From Octopus vulgaris (taxonomy: Eukaryota): DNA of 64,000 bases. This document shows, in pieces, positions 53,209 through 64,000 of the stretch. How positions within the stretch are numbered: position 1 is the stretch's first letter; each line of letters opens with the position of its first letter. Below the pieces are notes generated by a model. The model was not told the DNA's origin. It was given only the letters and a program-made list of their open reading frames with translations, and did no database searches. The stretch is taken from positions 69,440,001-69,504,000 of the forward strand of contig OX597822.1 in the NCBI GenBank assembly GCA_951406725.2, in the 5' to 3' direction. Both the position numbers and the translations under genes were made by a program.

Positions 53209-53775
53209 AAATATTCTGCTACACCCCTGCTGATATTGTATTTGTTCTCGATAGTTCCAGAAGTGTGACCCAAACAGACTTTAAGAAGGAGCTCGATTTC
53301 GTCAGTTCATTCGTAAAGGATATGGACATCAGTTCGGACAAGGTTCAAATCGGTGTGGTCACCTTCTCAGATAATGTCAAAACTGAGTTTGAACTGAACA
53401 AATTTTCACAAAAACAAGACATTCAGAATGCTGTTTCTAACATTGCTTACCGCGGTGGATCAACCAACACCTGGCTAGCTCTAAAACATATTCGAACAGA
53501 GTCTTTTATAACTGACCATGGTGGAAGAGTGGGAATACCTAAAATTGTTATTCTTGTAACTGCCAGTGGTTCCAACGGAAAGAGCAAAACATTAAACGAA
53601 GCTAAACTTCTTCATAATGATCCACTTAGAGTTTTTACGGTAGCTGTGGGAAACAAAGTCGATGATGATGAGTTGAGAGCAATAGCATCGAAACCAGAAA
53701 GCATTTTGAAAGTGAAAGATTTCAGTTCCCTGTCTACAATTAGAAATACATTGAAAAAAAAAGTCTGCAAACGAG
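53209..53775 (+). CDS. Secreted VWA-domain protein B, exon 3 (VWA domain 2, duplicate of exon 2)
   Basis: Acceptor tttttcag|AA, donor CGAG|gtaagt; 567 nt, phase 1-1. Shows ADIVFVLDSSRS, GGSTNT and VTASGS. Confidence 0.94.
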
Positions 53776-55934
53776 GTAAGTTTATATTTATGCATTCTTA
53801 CTCCATGTAATGGTTTCTAAATTCAAGATACGGTTGTGGTCGGCATCAGGATTTAATTTATCAATTTTGGGGGCTTCAAAGGTTAAGTCAATTTGGATTG
53901 AATTTAATCGCACTTACGTATTTCAACACATTTTGCTTCGCAAGCTATTTTTTCTGCGACTCTATTACATTTTTCTTGCTTAATGTAATACTTTCAAGTA
54001 TTTCCGCAAAGATAAAGATTTGTAGGGACGTTATAGTTGACGAAATATTCTCTGTAGATTGGAAATAAAAAGTAAACCAAAGAAGGAATTAACTAAATGT
54101 TACTGTACACGTAATCCAATGTGCTATCGCTTACACCTCTCGAGTACTTTATTAATTTGATAAAGTCAAGACAGATAAGTGTCATGAAAAGTTCCCACTG
54201 TCAAGACTTTTCAAGCTAGCTTTTCTCGAATCCGATTCAGTTGTACAACTAATACTGTTGAGGGCTCATTAATGTCCCTCAATCTTATACCCACCTTTAC
54301 ATACTTGTAGTCGGTTGTGTATAAAATAAAAAAAAAACAATGGAATGAGCACTAACTAAAAATTATGAAAGAAATAACAGTAAACCTAAGATTGACAGTA
54401 TTTTAGTGCTTCGAAATCTTTCTTCTGACAACGTTCACAGAACTTTATTTCATTTGTAAAATTTATTCAGCAGTTATTTTCTCTCAATGTAGACTCCTAC
54501 TTATGCTTTACGATCTGAGAGTGCTGTATTATGTGTAAACTTGGTTTAATTCTATCAGGTATTAGATAAATATTTAATCAAAATTTCTTTAGATTACATT
54601 TTGACATGTTTTTACGAAATGTATATGATTTCGCACCTTGCTTTTCGGATTAATAAAGAAGCATAAAAGGGCTTAACATCAGAATTTTAGCAAAAATTTG
54701 CACATAAATATTTTTACACTAAATTTTATATTAAATAAATGGTTCAAATATTCGGGTATATTTCTAATATAAATAAATTTCAGGAATGGGAGTACGAAAT
54801 AGAACAAAAATCTAGTAATAAGGAACGAAATTATTTGATGCTTTCTTTTTGCAAGCGAGTGGAAAGTGAGATGTTTCATGATTCCACTTTGGGTTGTTGT
54901 TGCGTGCCCTTAGGACAGACCTGATTAAAGAAACTTGTGGTATGCTGATAGGCAGCCAAATGAAAAGATGATACAACCCACAAAACCATCTATTCTATTA
55001 TACCATGTTCCGTAAAACTCTAGTCATATTGCACATTATCCACTCTTCAGGCTATTCCAGCACGCTTATTGATTCCTTGTGATGATCACAGCAAAGTCAG
55101 CTAAAGTAGACGCTTCCATGGTACGATGGTTGTTTTTTCTCTACATCTGTTAGCGGTATGCGTCCCAAGACTGTTTTTCAGCCCAGCTTGGCTATTGATG
55201 TTGCAGGTTTTTCCTGTGTATATATGGTCCTTATACTTGTCCGAACTGAATGAGAGAGAGGATGTTTTTAGGACATTATTGTAGCAGTGTTATGCAGTGC
55301 TGCATATATATCTAGGTGCTTGGCGGTGTTTTTTTTCAACTACTGACAGGGACTAAAGTGTGAAGTTTTCTGCCACAACATGATATATGCCTCGCATACT
55401 CCAATGGTTTTTCATTTTTAGTATTTTTTGGTGATTTTTTTTGTGCATCATGTGCACTACCTGTTATGATGCGTAGTATTCACTCTTTTGTGTTCCTTTT
55501 AAGTTTACTGGAATTTCTAATAGAGAAATTGAGGACCAAAGTACAACTGGTACATTCCATTGTTGATTTAACGCATTGTTTATACACTTTCTTTGTTACC
55601 TACTGGTCAAGTCTGGTACTTGTGATTGATCAAATATATTTGTGAATTATTTTTCTATTTTTAGTATGTTTTTTCTGTGTATGTTCTGAATGCTGTGGCG
55701 GATTACATGTAAGCACTAGTAATTTTCTCCCCTATATATATATATTACATTTATGTTGCTGAATATGATGGTTAGTTGTTCTTAATGTTCTCTAGTGTTG
55801 CTGATAAAAAGAGACAGCGCATCTGCCAGGGCTGTTCTCAGTTTATTGTCTTGAACTTAAATTGGTCGGTGATTGGCGGGTATGAGGGTAATAGTGCAAT
55901 AAAAATGTGTGATTGGCTTCAATTCCATAAAGGT

Positions 55935-56092
55935 AAGGTGTGACTGTCTGTTAAGAAGCTTGCTTCTCAACCACATGGGTCCGAATTCAGTCGCATTGCG
56001 TGGCACCTTAGACAAGTGTCTTCTAGTATAGCCTCGAACCGACCAAAGCCTCGTGAGTGGATTTGGTAAACGGAAACTGAATAAACCCCATC

Positions 56093-56162
<70 letters not shown>

Positions 56163-56850
56163 CTGAAACAAGTAAAAGACTATATATATTTATATATACT
56201 TTTACTTGTTTCAGTCATTTGACTGCGGCCATGCTGAAGCACCGCCTTTAGACGAGGAAATCGAACCCAGGACTTATTTTTGGGAAGATTAGTACTTATT
56301 CTATCGGTCTCTTTGCTGAACTTCTAAGTTACGGGAACGTAAACACACCAGCATCGGTTGTCAAGTTATGTTGGGGGCACAAACGCAGACACACAAACAT
56401 ATACACACATACATATATATACATATACATACATACGACGGGCTTCTTTCAGTTTCCGTCTTCCAAATCTACTCACAAGGGTTTGGTCGGCCCGAGGCTA
56501 TAGTAGAAGACACTTGCCCAAGGTGCCACGCAATGGGAATGAACCCGGAATCATGTGGTTCGTAAGCAAGCTACTTACCACACAGCCACTGCGCCTATAT
56601 ATATATATATATATATAAATGTTTGTGTGTATGTATGTGTGTACGTGTCTTTGCGTCTGTGCTTGACAACCGGCGCTGGTTCGTTTAGGTCCCCTTAACT
56701 TAGTGGCTCGGTAAAATCACCGATAGAATAAATACCGGCTTTAAAAAAAATAGGTACTGAAGTCGATTTATTCGACTAAAAATGCATCAAGGGCATGCCC
56801 CAGTATGGCTACAGTTTAATGACTGAAACAAGTAAAACGATAAAAAGATT
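55935..56850. mobile_element. Cluster of three SINE family 2 pieces (+, -, +) in intron 3 of VWA gene B
   Basis: About 55935-56180(+), 56198-56596(-) and 56640-56850(+). Confidence 0.8.
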
Positions 56851-56923
56851 TATATAAATACATTTATTTGTGTTAAAGCGTTTTTGTTCCATTAAACAAT
56901 ATTTCCTATTTCATGTATTTCAG

Positions 56924-57507
56924 TTTGTGGCGTCGTACCTTCTGACATAATATTTGTGGCAGACGCATCTACCAGCATTTGGGATGCAGACTTCAAGAAG
57001 CAAATGGACTTTATAATCAGTTTTGTCAAGGATACAGTTGTCGGACGTAACAACACGCAGATTGGCATGGTATCTTTCAGTACCCAAGTGATAAACCACT
57101 TTTACCTAAATGCTAAAACGTCGCGAGCCGCTGTGATTGCAGCTTTAAAAGGACTTAAACAATCTCATGGTGACACTTATACGGCGAAAGCACTGAGATT
57201 TGTTCGAACACAAGGTTTCTTACCGTCTAATGGCGGTAGACCTGATGTACCACACATCATGATTGTTATTACCGACGGCCAGTCAACAACGCCCCGGGAT
57301 ACCTTGAGAGAAGCTACGAAACTAGCACAAAGTAACATCATAGCTTTTACTATTGGTGTAGGTAAGCAAATCGACTTAAATGAACTGAAAGTCATTGCAG
57401 GTGACAGCTCAAGAATGTTTGAAGTAGCTAACTATGATACATTGCATACCATAGAGAAGAAGCTTTTCTCAAAAGTCTGTAAAATTGAAATATCGCAGCA
57501 GGTATAA
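56924..57507 (+). CDS. Secreted VWA-domain protein B, exon 4 (VWA domain 3, terminal)
   Basis: Acceptor gtatttcag|TT, phase 1. Shows SDIIFVADASTS, GDTYT and ITDGQ. Stop TAA 57505-57507. Coding length 584 nt, the same as the terminal exon of gene A. AATAAA at 57654-57659. Total CDS 1833 nt (610 aa). Confidence 0.94.
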
Positions 57508-58425
57508 TTTTCTTCATTTAGTACATTATATTCGGTTTCCACCGATATTCAAAAAAGAATATATTTTCTATTGGTGATCAACCAGAAACAAACATGCAAG
57601 TTTTTTAAAGTTGATTCAAAGAAATTAAACTGGAAATATGAACTAAAAGAAAGAATAAAATATCAATGTACAAAGAAACCTTTATTTTCATTTATTGTTC
57701 CTCTCGTTAAACTTTTGATTCCAATTCATTGAAGTTAATGTTTCCAATAATTACAAATAAATGCATTTCTTTGATATTGAATCTTTAAACGCAAATTAGC
57801 TCTAAATATCAGCAAATGTTATAGTCATGGCGGAAAAATCAAAAGAAACTTACTTTATTTGCTCGATATATTTATATTATTGAGTTTAAGTATACATAAA
57901 AACAACTTGCTCGAGTTATCTCACTAAAAAATTCCGCTCTTTCGTACTGTAAGTTTGCTCGCGAACAGCAAGCGAAATATTCAACCATGTGTGGGTATTA
58001 TATGATAAATTATATTAAAGATCAACAACTTCAACGCTGATCTTTCCTGTATTTGTTACACATTTCTTATATATCTGCAGATATACTGTAACTACCATTA
58101 TAGCACTGGCTTTTGCTGTCGAATATTGTGCAGAGTTAACTTCATTCACAGCAACTGTACAATGTACTGCACAATGTATGTATGTATGTATGTATGTACG
58201 ACATTATTTAGTTTTATTTTAAGATTTCTTGCTAATAGAGAAAGAACCGGTTTCTAACCTCCTTCACTAGAATTTCAACAACATCAATAGGGTATTTTTG
58301 CATGTATGTGTGTATGTGTGCAGATTTGTATGCTTTGTTTTATGTATGTATTGTCATGCGTATGGTTGTAAGTCTAGTCATGCTCATATATACTTAAATG
58401 ATGATAAACTTCTGGAAAGTTTTAC

Positions 58426-58621
58426 AGGCGTAGGAGCGGCTGTGTGGTAAGTAGCTTGCTTACCAACCACATGGTTCCGGATTCAGTCCCACTGCGTGGC
58501 ACCTTGGGCAAGTGTCTTCTACTATAGCCTCGGGCCGACCAAAGCCTTGTGAGTAGATTTGGTAGACAGAAACTGAAAGAAACCCGTTATATATACATAT
58601 ATATGTGTGTGTGTGTATATC

Positions 58622-58678
<57 letters not shown>

Positions 58679-58890
58679 TTGTGTGTCTGTGTTTGTCCCC
58701 TCAACATCGCTTGACAACCGATGCTGGTGTGTTTACGCCCACGTAACTTAGCGGTTCGGCAAAACAGACCGATAGAATAAGTACTAGGCTTACAAAGAAT
58801 AAGTCCTGGGGTCGATTTTCTCGACTAAAAGCGATGCTCTACCATGGCCACAGTCACATGACTGAAACAAGTAAAAGAGTAAAAGAGTAA
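58426..58890 (+). mobile_element. SINE family 2 copy
   Basis: Full-length forward copy ending (GTAAAAGA)n. Confidence 0.87.
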
Positions 58891-59850
58891 ATTTTGACAG
58901 TTCCAGTGATGGCTTGGATCTGTAGTCTTCGAATCAGCTTTCTCCTTTCTGATTTTGAGAAGGTTAATTTCTCAAGATTGATACTTAGGCAGTGTGTTAC
59001 ATATCCCAATGTCTCAATGATTACAGCTATAAACCTGGACTTGCAACCTCTGTAGAGTGACTATAGATTACTCTATAGTTCAGCATAGGTATTTTCTTTT
59101 TCGCTATTCTTTCGTTTTAAGTTAACATCTGCTGGCAGCTGATTTCTATTACTACACACAATTTCACTTCTCTGTCCCAAATCACTATGTCAGGTATTTT
59201 ATGTTTATATTTCACTGAGGCTTTCACAGTACTCCTTCTTATTATGAGTAGCTATAGCCTCTACTATACTATGAGTTCTTATTTCTTTGACCTCGGAGTT
59301 ATCCTTCCGATGGATCTCATTACACAGTGTTTCATCGGTTGATAATGCCGCTATGACATTTTTGGTGTTAACTCCACAAAGTTTGCATCGGTAATCACAT
59401 TTTGGTATTTCCCCTACATTTCTGTCCCTTTTGTACATCAAGTATTTGGTTTCATATTTCTTGTTCCTGGATTGCGAACGCATTCTCTTCAAAGTGAGAG
59501 TTAGTAATCTGGTTGTTGGTTCATGATAGACTGCTTCGATTATCAATGTTACTATCATCTGCTAATTTATCCAAACATGGTCTTCTGCTGATATATGCTC
59601 ATCCTTTCATATGTTGCGGCAGAGTCGTGCGACTCTTTAGGCATGTATTCAAGGTTATCAGACAAGGAACGCTGCTCAAGGAGCTGCTTTCCAACTCTCA
59701 TGATGTTATCTGCCTCGTGTGTGCAAACTTGGTCAATGAATGCACTTCAACACTTGGTCGTTAAAAGATATTGTTGAAGGGATATATGACATTCAAAAGC
59801 AGTCTGTATCGATGTTAAGCCTCTGCTACCCTTGTTTCTATAAAAATAAT
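58890..59850 (-). mobile_element. Degenerate REL-type (R4-like) LINE fragment
   Basis: CKLCG zinc-knuckle remnant, PDIVIWDRE-like REL motif and IIETLGYV; many frameshifts. Confidence 0.6.
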
Positions 59851-60399
59851 GTTTAAAGATTTGGCTGTTATCTCTAGCATGTAGAAATACCTTTTAGGCT
59901 TAACTATGTGCTTGTTGAAAATCATTTTATGAAATATTGGAGTTGATACATTCGACTGAAAATTCTTCGAGGTGATGCCTCAGCATGGCCTCAGTTTAAT
60001 GATCGCAACAAGTAAAATAAAAATAAAAACGAATTATATCAGAAGTTTTGATCAGGTTAGGCGTCAAGAAATGTGAAAAAAAAAACGAAAAAAAATAACC
60101 GAAAAATATAAGTATGGGGCTTTTGTCCACTTTCACACTTTAAGTAGGAGCTTTTGTCCGTACCCCTGTTCAGCACCCTCAGCTATCAAGATAGCACCCC
60201 CAGTTGCAATATGCTGGCTACATGGCTGGTAATACGGCTTCACTTATTTAGAAAGGAAGGTGGAAGAGGAATGGGTAGAATATAGGGTGGTGTTGTGAAA
60301 GAGATTAAGTCCTTGCATGCCTATCTGAGGAATAGCAATGAATGAATATTGCAGGCTGCACTGAGAGAGAAGGTGACAAGTGACAATGGTGAGACCCTC

Positions 60400-61120
60400 T
60401 AGGAATACAATATGAGGACTAATAGAGAAAAGGATCATCAGCTGGTAAGAGAAAGTCCTACACGGAGAGTTTTCCAACAAACATCGGATAAAGCTAATGA
60501 AGAACTTTGGAGATGGTTAAGACATGGTTTTCTAAAGAAGGAGACAGGGTTGAATCTTGCTGTTCAAGAACAATCTTTACGAACCAACTCAATCAAGTGT
60601 AGTAATTATAAGATAGTAGTATCACCTATGTGAAAATTAATCTGAAACAGTTAGACATATGCCCAAAACTGAACCAAAAGGAATACAAAAACGCCATGAC
60701 AAACTAGCGGTGAGAATACACTGGGAGCTGCTCAGTAAGTATGGGCTATAATGTTCCAGAAAGTGGTATGGGAACCAACCTTTTCCAGCAATAGTGACTG
60801 ATCAGGTGGAACTCACATGAGATATGCCCAATCTACACAGATAAGAAACTGCAACATAACCGACAACGTATCATTCTCCCACGGAAGGAGTCCAAACAAT
60901 GGACTTCCCTTGATGTAGCAATTTCTGATGACCAGAATTTTGTGAAATCAGAGGGCGAGAAAGTCGGGAAGTACCAAAACTTGGCATTGGAAGGGAAATG
61001 CATCCAATGAGCCTCAACAATGCGTGTGGTGCCTGTTGTGATCGGGACCATCTCAAAGACAGCAATATTCTTGCATCAAAAGCTACAAATACCAAACTTC
61101 GTAGGCTGAACTCAGTTGAC
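60400..61120 (+). mobile_element. Degenerate REL-type (R4-like) LINE fragment
   Basis: WRWLRHGFLKKETG...AVQEQSLRTN, RHDKLAVRIHWELL and LDVAISDDQN...EKVGKYQNLA in broken frames. Confidence 0.7.
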
Positions 61121-61490
61121 AATGCTTGGAACAACACATGAGTTGAGACGTTACGTAGATAAATCAGGTTAAGTAAATAATAACAACAATAATAAAGCTT
61201 CTCACTAATATTGCCAAATGGTACGGCCATTTTTCTATGTACATTTTTTATTGTTTGCAGCAGCAGTAGTGATAACTCATTCCACCATATAAAACCCAAT
61301 TGCTTTTTTCCGCAGTAGACTATTTCTTCTCTTGGTCTTCATAACGTTCGATCGACTGGCTTATCTTTGCATGCTTTTGTGAACAGGAACCAATGATCTT
61401 CACAGGTTCACTCAGTCTCGTAACGCAGCTGTGCCCAGCATTCAGAATATCTACAAGTTAATGACTGTAAGAAACTAGATTATAAGTAAA

Positions 61491-61573
<83 letters not shown>

Positions 61574-61605
61574 TTGCATGTCTGATGCATGTGTTACATA
61601 TGTAC

Positions 61606-61802
61606 ACACATACAAATGCTATACTTTGTAAACGGAAAAAGGTCGATAGTACATTGGCCACATGAACTTCGTGATTCATTTTTTGAAGGAAAGCCGTCTA
61701 TACACATACAAATGCTATACTTTGTAAACGGAAAAAGGTCGATAGTACATTGGCCACATGAACTTCGTGATTCATTTTTTGAAGGAAAGCCGTCTATACA
61801 CA
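61606..61802. repeat. Perfect 96-bp tandem duplication
   Basis: Two identical units with ACACA microhomology at the junctions. Confidence 0.9.
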
Positions 61803-63194
61803 GACATTACAAACATATATTTAGTCTTATGCAAACACACAGAAACATCCAGATACGTAGAAATGCAGGCAGACAAAAATGTAACAGATAATACAATCAA
61901 TAGACACATATAAACAAAAACGAATACCGGAAAACATTTTCGTAGCATTTTTATTATCAAAAGGAAAAGAATATCACAAATTTATATGTTTAATAATTAT
62001 TTTATAAATTATTATCATTCACTGTTTTGATCATTAGCCTCAAACACACAGATTAAGAAAACCTATGTTATAACTGCTGTTGATTAACTACCAGTTTTCT
62101 GGATGAGTTAAGTTACTTGGATTGATGTATGGAAGGAAGGCGTGTTTGAGGCGGGATGCGCTGAACCAGTCAGATTACTAATGTAGCGGTCATAAACCTT
62201 ATAGAGTATTGTGTATCAATAAGGACATGTTTTGTATAATTTAAAATGCTCTGGATGTCTAATGTGTAGACAAGTTAGTGTTAATATCTATAATACATGG
62301 ACCATTAAAAAACAAAGCGAAGTAGAAATGATAATCAAGATTTTTTGACAGCGTATTGCATGGCCTCAAGGATTTCCTGTTTTCCTCGATTCAGTCCATA
62401 ATTACAAGAACCTCTATATTTTGACTCTCCATGTCTGTCTGATTCAATTTCCTTTATTTTTACGCTCTCGTTATATACATATATACATCCCAGCATCGTC
62501 ACGGCCCTCGAGTTTAAGCTTCTAAAAGAGTATAGTAAATATATATATATATACACACACACACACATTCACATTTACACACACACATACACACACACGT
62601 ACACACATACACACATACACGCACGCGCACACATACACACACATATATATTGAGCAGAATGTTAATATTGTAGGAATATTCCTGGGTTTGGTTGGTGTGT
62701 GTGTGTATGTGTGTGTATATGTGTGTGTAACTGTATTTTGTATTTTGTGCATGAACAAATCAATTTTATTAATTACAGCAATAAATAAATAGCCAATCTT
62801 GGGTTTAAAAAGTTACAAAAGTAACTTCAAATATCACCATTCATATAGTTAACAGCAATAAAGTTTATGCGCTACATATAATATATATGTATGTATATGC
62901 AGACATCTCAAAAGTAAATAGACGGCCCTCCCTCAAAATACCGTTTTATCTGTGCAGATGCTGTTCATCAGTTCGATTCTTAAGGGGGTTAAAGTATTTA
63001 AAAACTGCAGAAAACATGTCTAATAAATACTTGATTAAGTATTTTAATACATCAAATGACATTATTTTGTTTTTAGAAAATAAATCTTTCAAAACTGATT
63101 GCGTCTATTTACTTTTGATATGTTTATGTGCATTAAGTACGCGTCTGCGTACATAAATGTTCTGTAGATTGTAATGATAGTTGACAAGAACAGA

Positions 63195-63566
63195 TCATAT
63201 TTCAAGAGCTCTCCAAATATTGCTAGTTTTGAGTCTGTCAGTCGGTGATTTTGCGAGCATTCTGGGCACTAATGGCTTCAGGTTGTCAGGAATGAGTTCA
63301 AAATATTCCACATCAGCAGTATCAACCTCGTTAAGATAGGTGGAAATGGATAAGGTAGTTTTGTCTCCAAAGGCCTTCTTTTTTATGTATAATTCACAAA
63401 CCAAAAGACCAAAACCAAACACATCCGCTGGTGATTCGTATATTCCGCCTCTTAGAACTTCTGGTGCAAGATACACCATATCCTGAATCGGTTGGTCTGA
63501 ATCTACAATTTTCAGTTTACGTGGTAATGCCATTCCGGTAAGTTTCACTTGTTGGTGCCAATTAAC
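63195..63566 (-). CDS. Protein kinase-fold (TKL-like) gene, terminal exon, subdomains VII-XI; probable pseudokinase
   Basis: Minus-strand acceptor ttcattctgtttatag|GTT, phase 0. VNWHQQVKLTGMALPRK...YLAPEVLRGGIYESPADVFGFGLLVCELY...PTDRL contains APE, the DVxxFG motif of subdomain IX and the subdomain XI Arg. The DFG position reads GMA. Upstream exons lie right of the window. Confidence 0.88.
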   Translation of the reverse strand, partial: VNWHQQVKLTGMALPRKLKIVDSDQPIQDMVYLAPEVLRGGIYESPADVFGFGLLVCELYIKKKAFGDKTTLSISTYLNEVDTADVEYFELIPDNLKPLVPRMLAKSPTDRLKTSNIWRALEI

Positions 63567-63709
63567 CTATAAACAGAATGAAAAATATAATAAATGGGTT
63601 TGTTTCTATAAAAACAACTTGCAATTCATATTTCCAAAAATACATTTCTTAACAATAACTAATCAAATACTTAAATCAGAGAAACAAACAGACAGATATA
63701 TATTTTGTA

Positions 63710-63761
<52 letters not shown>

Positions 63762-63764
<3 letters not shown>

Positions 63765-63908
63765 CGCAGGAGTAGGTGTGTGGTAAGTAGCTTGCTTACC
63801 AACCACATGGTTCTGAGTTCAATCCCACTGCGTGGCACCTTGGGCAAGTGTTTTCTACTATGGCCTCGTGAGTGGATTTGGTAGACGGAAACTGAAAGAA
63901 ACCCGTCG

Positions 63909-63947
<39 letters not shown>

Positions 63948-64000
63948 ATGTATATATATATGTATATATATATGTGTGTGTGTTTGTGTATCTTTGTTTG
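63762..64000 (+). mobile_element. SINE family 2 copy (runs off the window; in the kinase intron)
   Basis: Head GGCGCAGGAGTAGGTGTGTGGTAAG and ACCTTGGGCAAGT core. Confidence 0.85.

Noticed and set aside
54900-55830. Possible old LINE remnant in intron 3 of gene B (similar traces at about 9860-9990 and 12360-12570)
   Set aside because: Too degenerate to assign family or boundaries by eye.
57499-57507. CAG|GTATAA as a donor extending gene B to further exons; also fusion of genes A and B into one five-VWA gene
   Set aside because: The stop aligns exactly with the gene A stop (both exons 584 nt), both are followed by AATAAA, the donor would be phase 0 in a phase-1 gene, no downstream exon was found, and gene B has its own signal exon.

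Overview
Eukaryotic, AT-rich DNA dense in microsatellites and retroposons. The repeat families and gene content fit an octopod cephalopod (inference, not verified). Reading splice sites by eye gives four host genes: (1) the last three coding exons of an SLC6 monoamine transporter of the NET/DAT type (+; 10234-10413, 15227-15301, 17036-17059); (2) a complete 3-exon gene for a secreted 408-aa protein with two VWA domains only (+; 29432-35377); (3) its complete 4-exon paralogue, 610 aa with three VWA domains (+; 49881-57507), whose two internal exons are nearly identical in the core but diverged in the flanks; (4) the terminal exon of a convergent kinase-fold gene with DFG replaced by GMA, a probable pseudokinase (-; 63195-63566). 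The rest is tRNA-derived SINEs of at least four families, R4/Dong-type LINE ends in (TAA)n tracts, a young 5'-truncated RTE LINE, Tc1/mariner/pogo remnants and Penelope-like (PLE) pieces. The most striking non-coding structure is a 613-bp near-perfect inverted repeat in intron 1 of the first VWA gene, with a hammerhead-ribozyme motif in each arm. Variant-core minimal hammerhead motifs occur near 40-41 kb, and several short fold-back palindromes sit in (TA)n tracts. Most ORFs in the supplied track are microsatellite or SINE translations. Repeat boundaries are approximate unless a TSD or TIR is quoted.
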